DNA of 64,000 nucleotides from Eremomyces bilateralis CBS 781.70 (taxonomy: Eukaryota): the NCBI GenBank assembly GCA_010015585.1, contig ML975151.1. One strand, 5' to 3'. The notes below the pieces were generated by a model. The model had not been told where the DNA came from. It made no database searches and saw nothing but the letters and a program-made list of their open reading frames with translations. Position numbers and translations under genes: made by a program. Shown here piece by piece: positions 43,557-54,290 of the stretch (positions are counted from its first letter, which is position 1; each line of letters opens with the position of its first letter).

Positions 43557-45139
43557 GGTTGCTAGCCAACAACAGAATATTCCACGCCAATTATTGTGCT
43601 GTTCCGTCAGATGGAAACCAGGTTGTACCGTGAGCCAGGTAGGCGGACGCCCATGTATATATACTCTCTATCACACTGCTAGGAAGTCTACTGGTTGATC
43701 CCGTAAGATTGGGTCTAACTTCCAAGCACAGCGGACGATAACACTAAGGACTAGCATGACCACTTAGGAAGATCGAAGGCATCCCATAGATAAGATGCGG
43801 AGGAGAAGGCAGAACAAGCATTTTGGACGACGCGAGTACCGGGAATGCTGGGCCTGACCTTGGCATTATTCGCATGGCAACTGTATTGGGGGTTAAAGAG
43901 CGAGTTTGATATTGCCCATGTTCCAAGGTTCTTGACACCATCCTATACAGGTTAGATCAGCCGGTAGGGGCGACGCTAAATAAAAGTGGAAGTGCCCCGG
44001 TTGTGAAGGATCACGGATCAGACATCAGATACCTAATACGAGGTTGCATTGCATGGTGTACTGTGCAAGATAAGCTTCAAAGGGGGGGGAAACGAGCCAT
44101 GAAATAAGACTGGGACGATGCCGCGAATTTCTACATTTCTTGACATCTGGATCTTGCTTGGCTGTCCATTGAAGCTTCGATATTCGTTCAGTGCCCAGTA
44201 GTTCCGTGACGAACCTTTGGCATGTGCGCTTGTAGGATTTTCTTCCGCCAATTTGAACCATTAGGCCATCAGAGTACCCTGGCTTGGTGGATGTTAACTG
44301 CGTTGGCTTTAAATCTTATGCAGAAATGATGATGATTTTTCATTAGGTAAGGCCTTCTAGAGACTCAGTGGTCACGCGACCGAATCTTATGCGGCGAGGC
44401 TCAAAGAACTCTCCGGGTTCAACTGAACTGGCAACGGGGAGTCTATTTGGCCCCAGGCGAGATGGCTTGACTGGAACACGGTTCCCCTCCTCCGTCTTCT
44501 GCTCATTGCGGAAACGATCTTCGGGATATTGACAAAGTAGGGCATCTGGGACAATAACGCAATAGAGTTACGCGATGGCATCAGGATTGAATTAGGCTCT
44601 TCTTATGGATCTCCACGATGGACATTTGGGCATATAATTATTATCAACCTAAGGGATGTCTGATACGAATTGCGACATGGAGGCTCTAGAGAAGGGGAGA
44701 TGGAACAGATGGTGATCCATGAAGCACGTGGGAATCTTCATAGTAGTCCCTAACAATTAGGGTAATACGGGGTACGAATGGCTGACAAACTGACGATCAT
44801 ATGCAGTAGGCAGTACAAGTACCGGACAGTTGGAACGTTGATAAGTCTCCTGCTACGCTCAAAATACAGAGAACCCAATGGTACCTAATGACCTAACCTG
44901 CAGTCAAGAGCCTGAAAAGGAGATCAACTATCTCCATAGTGGATGAGCTGGATGCTCTCATCCCCTCACGAACATCAACTCCCACCAGCGCGTGCAACGG
45001 ACTGTAGGTGAGAGCTTGGGGGGAGAGAAAGGAAGTACATCATGAGGCAGTCCTCTTCCGCTCATAATCGAGTCCAAGTCAAAACAATTCCGCCCCAATT
45101 CAACTGAGCACTCCTTCTACGCCTTTCAAAGCAAGTCGT

Positions 45140-47747
45140 TCAGAATCCATCCTCGTCCGTCCACTCCGTTTCCACCTCATTATCCACCCCTCTCACCGTC
45201 CCAGCATGGCCGACTCGCGCCCCATGCCCGCTCCCGTGCTTCGCCATGTACTCTTGCATCGGTAACTGATATCCCCGGGCATCATACCCCCTCACCTCGT
45301 ACGCCCCCCGCTCCCCCTGGGACCCTCCGATCTCACTCCCGCTCTCCTCCGAATACGTCTCCCAATTCTCGCTGCCGCTGATCACCCCGCTCTGCGTGCT
45401 CTGGCTGCTCCCGGCGCTGATCTGCCGCGACGGCGCACCGGACGACATGCCGTGGGAGCTCGCCCCGTACGACGACATCGACGAGGACGGCGGCGGCGGC
45501 GGCGCCATCGGATACCAGTTGGCTTGCGCGCCGTTGCCGCCGCTGTGGCTCTGGCTGGCGCTGAGGCCCGACTCGACGGACCGCATGGACGCGGCAGCGC
45601 TGGGGGGCCGGCTGTACATGCCCCCCTGAGACGACGGGGCGCGCAAGTCGGCGTGCGTCTGGCCGTACGCGGACGCGTTGGCGGAGCCCCCTTGTAGGTG
45701 CTGGAGGCGGAGACGAGTTTGGCGGGAGCCACTGTCCTCGTAGACGTCTTCGGGTGGCACGGCGCGCACGACGCTGCCGAGGTGGGGGCTTCCGGAGCTG
45801 CTAGTCACGGGCGTCTCGGCCCGGGGAGGGAGGAAGCTGCTGAGGTCCATCCGGGGTGGTGGGGCGGGTTGGCGGCCGAGGGTGGCGGAGGAGTGACCGG
45901 ACGGTTTGTAGGGGATGCGGGTGGGGGAGATGGTGTTGCCGGCGGCGGGGTGGAGGGGAGCGCGGGCGGGGATTTTGCTCGGGGAGATGGAGCCGGCGGT
46001 TTTGGAGCGGGTGTGGTGAGCGGGGCGGATGGTGCCGTTCGTGGTGGAGGATGTGGTGGTATATGGCGTTGGTGTCTTCGATCGTGGTGGCGCGCCGCGT
46101 ACCGTACCATGTTGAGGCTTCGATGTTGATGCAGAGAACTTTGGGTTCTTCATTGCTGGCGCTGGCGCAACAGGCGTCTTGCTTCTCGTGGGCTGCTTCT
46201 TCGCCGCCTCTGCCACTGCGCCATCCTCCAGTTCGTCCAGATACCGGTCTCCCCAGACCAGGAAGTCCCGTCCGTACTCGGCCTCCCAATCCATCAGCTT
46301 ATTCCGCAACTCGGCTTCGAGTTTGGGGAGCTCTTTCTGGATGCGTTTGCGCATCTTCTCTTCGCGTAGCAGCTTGCCCGGGTCGCGCTTCTCGCCCTTC
46401 TGCCCACGATTCATGAGCCGGGAAGCATCTTGCGAGGAGGCGGCGAGAGAAGCTCGATCTTCGAGAAGGTTGCGATGTCTCGACACGAGCGCTAATATAG
46501 GGGCGCGTTCAGACTGAATAGCGGTGAGACGCGCAATTTCAGATTCGTGAGAAGAGAGAAGAGCATCCGTGTGCACATCTGAAGGCCAAATTAGTCTCAT
46601 ATCGGACAGGAGATGGAGAGGAGAGAAGGAACGGCGCATCTGCTGCCAGTCTGGGAAAGGAAGGCATACCACTAAACGCCGGCGTAAACACCAACATCTC
46701 CTCCTCGGAAAAGAACAACTCATCCCACAGCTCCTGCAACCGCAATCTTGCCTCCTCCACAAACACACCCAAATTCTGCCTCTTCAACTCCAACAGCCGC
46801 CTCAGCTCCTCTTCATACTCATTCAACACCTTCATCCCCACCCCGCGATTCCGCCGCTCAAACTGCGTCCGATACTGCTTCTCGACGCCCAACCGCTCCC
46901 ACAGCCCGCGAATCTGCCCCCCGACTTCCGCCACCTTCCGCTCCCGCCCGGCCTTCTCGTTCGCGAACCGATCCCGCGTTGCCTGCAGTCGCTTGATGTC
47001 CGCCTCGCGCAGGCCGAGTTGCTCGGGATACGATTCCGCGCATTCGACGATCCGCTGTTCCGTCTGTGCGGAGGGGGTGCCGAGTTCGGCCCAGAGGTTG
47101 ATCAGCTCGGTGGCCAGTGATCGCACGTGCGCGACACGGGACTGGTAGACTTCATAGATCGACGTGAACGCGTTGTCGAGTTGCGAAATGTAGGTGGGTG
47201 AGAGGGAGAAGGTGGCCGGACATGGCGAGGGTGGTAATGGGATGGTGAGGAGGGAGGGGTCAAGGTGTGATGAGTAGGATGTCAACGCGGTGACGAGCTT
47301 GTTGACTTGGTCGAGACGCTCCTGGTGTAGGCGTTCCATATTGTGGTGTTTTTCTTCGAGCCGCGTGAGGCATTCGCGCAGGGGATAGGTAATTTGGAGG
47401 TCTGGGTCCGAGTCATTGACGCGTGGGGATTGAGTGCGTGGGTCTCGGTCGTCGAGGGAGGCTTGAAGTTGCTTAACTGTCGTAGCGAGGCGCTTGGCGG
47501 TCGCGTGGAGGTCGTGTTTCTCACTGAGAGGTTGGTGTGAGATCTCTGATATGGGAGATGATAAAGAGAATACTTACTTTGAGACCGACTTCAGTTGGTG
47601 GTCTAGTGTTTCCGACAGAGCGGCAAACAACTCGGATTCTCGTGCGTCTCGCTCATTTCGAGGCACACCGATCTCATCGAACAATCCGTGGAGTTGAGCG
47701 ATGATGTTTGCGACCTGCTCGGTGAGGTACGAGGTATCCGTCTCCAT
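45140..47747 (-). CDS. ASE1: Anaphase spindle elongation protein Ase1 (PRC1/MAP65 family), 3 exons
   Basis: METDTSYLTEQV..LHGLFDEIGV, LINLWAELG, LQELWDELFFSEEE and SSQDASRLM..RDPGKLLREEKMRKRI.KELPK, with a disordered tail. Confidence 0.93.
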
Positions 47748-47949
47748 CTTTTCTCCTGCGTGAGAATGATGGTAAGATGTGGGCGATTGTAATCTCGGCA
47801 TGATAGGTAGAGCGATGGTAAAGAGTGACGTGAAACAAAAGACAGGAGCGGAGAATCAGAGCAGGAAGACCATCGGAAAAGAGGTCAACAAATCGATCAC
47901 GGATTGAAGGGGTGGTGGAAGGTCTGAGGCTGGTGGTCGAGGTTTGTGT

Positions 47950-48110
47950 ACGCGTGAGGTATCTCGAGTGTTACACAACAAGCTGTTGTGAACAGGTCCC
48001 GTAGCACCAGACTGCTTTATTTGACCGAATGTGTGAAGCAGCAGGTACAGTTCCTCTTTTTAAGGTCGGTTATGTTGACTGTACAGATAAAGAGCCGTGG
48101 TGCAACGCGT
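47950..48110. promoter_or_regulatory. Two perfect MCB elements (ACGCGT) upstream of ASE1
   Basis: ACGCGT at 47950-47955 and 48105-48110, about 200 and 360 bp upstream of the ATG. Confidence 0.45.
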
Positions 48111-50767
48111 ATGATCCATCTTGAAGTTATTCGGGGAGTGGAACTGGCGAAACCATGGCGTTGTTGATGACCGTTGCCCACGGCAACAACCTGAACCCGA
48201 AACTACCACCTATACCCATCTCGAAATTTGAACGGACCAACCCCAACCTACTCCGTACTTGATCCGTAATTAAATTCTCCGATGACTTTTAGGTTGTCTT
48301 TGAGCTGCCGCACTGGGGTATTCTCGCTATTGCGGGCTGTTCTGCGAGGTGCATCACGATAGTTGCTCCTAGTGATGGAGTTGACTACAAGAGTATGGGT
48401 CGACCCCAGACTACTTCCAACCTTACCCCGAGGTCTTGGAGACCCAGACTGCTGACTGATGAAAAACCCATGGTATGATGGTACAGACCAACTCAACTGA
48501 GTTCATCCTAATTATATACTTCTCGAGCCGCCCCGTTGTTCGGTATTGACACCAGGAGCATGAGATATACTAAGAAGGCTACGACCACGATTAGACAGGA
48601 CGCCGTAGACTATGGAAAATGAGGTAACGGCGACCATCATCTATAGCGAGACTGGAACATGCCTATGGATACCGTATAACGACTAGTGCTAACGGTTGGC
48701 AAAGAGATAGAGCGACATCAACGCTGCATCGCACGGATTCTGGTCAGCTCAGTTCCCTCTTCTCCAATATGACACGTTCTAAAGCCGTGTGTGCATCAAG
48801 AGTTTATGTCAGATTTCTACATCCCCTAGACAAAATTCGTCGGCTCTTCAGTCTCCTAGAATCTTACAGAGGCGGGATTCTATGACTATCTATCTGTCCA
48901 GGCATCTTTAGCTTCTTCCAGGCTGATTAAAGTCTGCGAAGGGGTGTTCCATGGAAAGAAGAAAGCAGGAATTAAGTCACGGATCGAGAGTTGGCGGAAG
49001 TCCAACGGAGAGGGAGTCCAACGTAGACTTTTCTCTGTAGCGTCGGTGGAGTGATACGTACGTAATTACGTATCACCGTAGTTAGCTCGAACACGTATGC
49101 AAACGGCGAGACGAGAAGGCGACGTTGGGGTACGACTGCCATTACGCAGGAGTACATCTTTGCGTATCCTCATCAGTCCACTCTGCATGCGCTTCAAGGA
49201 GCATTTGAACTTTGAAGTCGAGGTCGGCCCGTTGCGCGAGGTTCAGAGTCGCCGAAATTGCTCCCTGCTGCATTCACCCGGACTTCTCATAATATCAAAC
49301 CGCTTAAAACGCGTGGACGGCTTCAGGATTGCTATCCGTGGTTGTAGCATGGCGTCTCGTAGCACAGCGTCTCGCTAGGCAATCCGCGTCGAACTTGGTT
49401 GATGAAGACAACGGACTGTCTAAGAACTGAGAGCAAATTGGGGGGGGGCGTTGTTCTACAATTTACATCAGTATCAGGTACCACATGTACGCGGACCCGA
49501 AATATCCCAGAGTATGTGAAACTGTGGCCTAGTTTACTCACGCCACGCGCCCAATATCCCCCTCAATTAATGGAGGAATCGAAATATTGAATGGACACGT
49601 GTGGCGGAGTACTCTCGATCTCGCAGACTCTTATCGCTTTTGGCCTGGATGTGTCCCAGCACTTGCTCTAACCGGTTAACGTGGATCAGGGGTTTAAGAT
49701 TGCCACAGGTATTGAGCAGGCATCCCCTGTCGCCAAGGGGTAAACCCCACCCAATCCGCAAGTTAGATTACCAAAGATGCCAGGTTGTGATAATAGCCGG
49801 GGCGCACTATCTGAAATATATCTGTTAAGTTCCTGTTTAATTGGTAAAATATCATACGCTCAACCACAATAAGTTTAAGTCTAACCCCAGTTTTTAGCGT
49901 GTTTGGCTACGTCCGTATCTGCGGTAATCTTAATCCCCTGAGAAACGCTAACCGAGCAAGGCAAGTTCTGGAACACCTCAGGCCCTAGAGGAGGATAATT
50001 AGCCTATAAGAACAAGAGAACTGGAACCCGATCACTAGGATGGTCACAGGCATGCATAGTTCTCGAAGCCTCATAGGATGGCAGTTCTAGAATGTGGGAT
50101 TTGACCGAGGAGGCAATGACGATTAGAGCAGGATCTCCTCTCCAGCCGTGTCGAACTGCGGGGAGGGTCGAATTGAATCTCAAACACCCTCTCCATGCCG
50201 TCTTTGTCTCCAACCTCCTTGGGATTAACGTAGCGATGATGCAAGAGCCAATTGATCTGTTCCACCGCCAAGGACGAGTAGGAGATTGAAGTCCGAAGAT
50301 AAGCATCAGCTGGGTGAGACTCATTTCATGTTTGCAAGTGTGGACTATGACCATCGGGCCGGAGCAGAAACTTTGCTGTCACATACACCAATGCACGAAA
50401 TAGTTTGGTGGCGGAGTATCTGGTGGTTAGTGGATTACGTTAGGGGTCGATTTTAATACAACCTAGTACACTTTAGTTTCGGAACTAATTACTTAAGTGA
50501 GACTTGGAGAGTGATTCAAGGAGATTTCGATAATCGATAACTAGGGGGTTGGCCAGAAATAACAGAATGCCCAGCACTGCAGAATGCCCAGAGAGCCTAG
50601 AATCACCTTATTTTATATTTAGCGAGCCCCTGACTGTTTGCCGCTGTCGTAACTCGTTAGTTTGGGATACTACATACGGTAGTTAAGTACCCTCCTACCA
50701 TCCATTGCTCGGGAAAGGGTCAGGAACTTCATCGGTCATCATTCCCTCATTACCTCAGCCGTCTACC

Positions 50768-52826
50768 ATGGACCGCAACAGCGTCATTTCCGCCCGACAG
50801 GTCCAAGGCCTCATTGCCGACGGCCACACGATTGTCATTTACAACGGCCATGTCCTGCAGCTAGATTCATGGCTTCACAAGCACCCCGGGGGACTGCTGC
50901 CCATCGCGCACATGGTTGGAAGAGACGCAACGAACGAGATCAACGCGTAATTATGAAAATGCCCATGATCCTGTCCTAGCTGCCATCCAAGCAAACCCCC
51001 GATGAGCGTCCCTCGTCACCTTCAGAACTCGCGCTATTAGATTGATGACGCATAGCTCACAATCCGAGTGGAATCTTCCAAGTGGAATCTTCCGACGTGC
51101 GTAGATTGACAGATTTACATGGATAACGTGTCAAGCTGGATCAGCAAGGGCCGTACATGCGCTGACGTTGCTGATGCAGGTACCATCTTCCGAAGACCCA
51201 GCGGCTTATGAAAGCATACCGCATCGCCAAAGTCAAACTACCCTGGACCAACCTCACGCCTCCCATCCGCAGCAACGACTGCTGTGTCCGTGGCGAATGG
51301 CAAGAAGAGAAAACCGTTGCACCGACCGACGATGACGACTCAGACTGGAGTTCCTCGACTCTACCCACCTCAACCGAACTCGTATCCGAAAAAGTGCCCG
51401 AGGTGCTCACGACCGCGTTCGATAATGACACCGACAAAGGAACTTGCGTTCCAATTGTCGGTAGCGAACGGATCTCCGGCATCAAGGATGAAGAGCAAGG
51501 CTCAATTTGCGAAGTAGCATGCACACTCCGAAAGCGACCGTCTCGAACCGAATACATCGCGTCCTTGGAACAAGATGAAATCGATAGCGATATGCTCGAC
51601 TATCCTTCTCTCGACTTCGAGACGCAGGAAGCCATTTCAAAAGAATACGGCGCTCTGCACGAACGAATTAAGAAGGAAGGGTTCTATCAGTGTCGCTATT
51701 CGGAGTACGGCAAAGATGCAATTCGCTGGGGCATTCTGTTCTCAGGCTTCCTAGGCTTCCTTTACGCCGAATGGTATATAACATCGGCCGTATTCCTGGG
51801 CATGTTTTGGGTAAGATAATACCTGCACCAGGCCAATGGTCACATCGTTCTAACATCTGGATAGCAACAGATCATGTTCGTCGCTCATGACGCCGGGCAT
51901 CGGGGTATCACGGGGAACTTCGTTGCCGACACCCTCATCGGCGCCTTTGTCGCCGATTTCTGTTGCGGACTTTCCATCGGGTGGTGGAAAAGTTCCCATA
52001 ACGTCCATCATCTTATCACCAACATGCCGGTAAGTTTCGCCGCTCTGGATGAGAGGATGTTGGAGCCTGACATGCTTAGGAACACGATCCCGATCTGCAA
52101 AACGTCCCGATATTCTCCACCTCACCCTCATATTTCCGGTCCCTGCTCAGCAGCTTCTACAACTTCACGTTCGTCTGGGATGCCGCCGCCGATGTCATGG
52201 TCCGCTATCAGAAATGGACCTACTACCCTGTCATGGCGCTCGCGCGCTTCAACCTCTATTTCCTCTCCTGGTGCCACCTCATGTCCCCCCGCTCTAAAAA
52301 CCTCGGCTCCGCCGCGTGGACCCGCCCCGTCGAAATCGCCATGATGGCCTGCTACTGGGCCCTCTTCGGCTACGGCCTTGTCTGGCGTACTCTCCCGGAC
52401 TGGCCCACCCGCGTCGCCTTCGTCCTCACTTCCCACATCGCCACCATGCTGCTGCACGTCCAGATCACCCTGTCCCACTGGGGCATGCCGACCGCCGACC
52501 TCGGTCCGTCGGAGTCGTTCCCGCAGCGCCAGCTACGGACGACGATGGACATCGACTGCCCGCCGTGGTTGGACTTCCTGCACGGCGGCCTGCAGTTCCA
52601 GGCGATCCATCACTTATTCCCGCGCGTCCCGCGACATAATCTGCGCGGTGTACAGGGGCTGGTGCGGGTGTTTTGCGAGAAGACGCAGATCAAGTATCGG
52701 TGCTATGGGTTTGTCGAGGGCAACCATGTCATGTTGAGTCGGTTGGAAGAGGTGACGAAAATGGCGGAGACGCTGTTGAAGTGCCAGCTGCATATGGCGA
52801 AGACGGGGGACAGCGGTTTGCATTGA
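50768..52826 (+). CDS. SLD1: Delta-8 sphingolipid desaturase (cytochrome b5 fusion), 4 exons
   Basis: Cytochrome b5 motif HPGG..IAHMVGRDAT, His boxes HDAGH, HNVHH and QAIHH, and HVQITLSH. Three GT-AG introns. Confidence 0.92.
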
Positions 52827-52831
52827 TCCGC

Positions 52832-52891
52832 TCCATCGGCTGTTGCTCCATCGGCTGTTATTCCATCGGCTGTTATTCCATCGGCTGTTAC
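52832..52891 (+). repeat. 15-bp tandem repeat x4 directly after the desaturase stop codon
   Basis: (tccatcggctgttRY)x4. Confidence 0.95.
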
Positions 52892-54290
52892 TTGACTTTT
52901 ACGTTTTATTTGCTTGTTTGGCCTTCGCCGCTGTTGCGAATAAATCTTGCTTCTCAGATAGAAGTTGTATGTATGGAGCCAAATAGACCTGGGGTTCTCC
53001 AAAAAGAACTCTACACCGCTGCCCGTAATATCCTTATCATCAAATGCTGGGAATTCCTTTTCGCGAGTTTGGTGCGGAACCCAATTTCTTACCCTCAACT
53101 GCGGAGCCGGAGTCAATCTCTGCTAATAATAGGCCCAAGCTGGTAAACCGACGACCGGTGGATCCATTAACTTCCCGGACTCGGTGCATCCCATATCCAT
53201 GACACAGGTGGAAATGGTACACAGTTTTCCAAGTCAGGATAAGTAGACGAACCGGCAACGCGGCGCGAAGGTTGGTGTAAAGATGTTGATAAAAATTAAT
53301 ACACACAGAAATCGTTCTGAGATTTATTTAATCACGCCAAGTACACTTTCTTAATCCAACATGCTGAACAGAGTAACGGACAGTGGAACTTGAGAGCATG
53401 GCTCATCTAAACACTGACGGTTTGCTTCTAGCGGTAAGCAGATTACTTCAGATTGCAAATAAGGCAGCCGCTAATTAGTACTCATCGAAGTCATTCATCT
53501 TATCGATAAACCAAGAAAGTGAACGATGTTTCTTTGTTAGTCCATTTACGTTTTACACCGACTTGTCCCTCCAATGAATGTATCCAATCCCACCCTGAAA
53601 TGCATGAACCGAAACCTGTGATCAGTCAAGCACGAGATTCCGACAGCTGGTCCAATGGTCCCAGAGACTATCTCCGAACGCTGCGGGTGACAGTGACGTG
53701 AGGGCTGATAAGTGATAAGTGATACTACCCATCCACACTCACTCGCATCTCATTCATCCATTCACCCATTGCATCCTAGCTGGAACAAGCCTGGTTATCT
53801 CATAGAGTGATATATCCTCCCTTCCTCCGCCCACAAACTGATATTTTCATCTTTAACCCACTCGATCCGTCCTATTGCGCTGGCACCCAACATTGATACC
53901 TTCATCGTGGAAACCAACCCGTAACTCGATATGCTCATGTCGCCTCCAGTGCGGCATCGAATCAGGCTCCGTCGTTTCCCATTACGACATTAACTAGCCC
54001 CGGTCAAAAGCCGTCTATCCGCTTCCCTCCCCGACTCCGTCCACCACGCGACGTTCCTGTTACGTACCTCACCCTCCTGGACCCGGGCACACGACCCGCC
54101 CATTCGCCCGTTCACGCTTTGGCAGGGCCCTGCCCTGTACCCGCGGGTGACACGCTGGCCCCAGACCTGGTGAAACGGGCGCAAATACAGCGACGCGGAA
54201 AATTAGCGGCTGATTAACGTGGGTTCTCCGAGGGAGACGGGGATCGATTATTATATCATCGCCGCTGCGACTGGCGGCGACGGCAGGATC

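Noticed and set aside
38225..45100. Starship or other integrative element at the tRNA
   Set aside because: No tyrosine recombinase or transposase ORF, terminal repeats or duplicated tRNA end were seen.
50423..50448. Telomere-like ttagtgg/ttagggg words
   Set aside because: Isolated and degenerate, with no tandem TTAGGG array.
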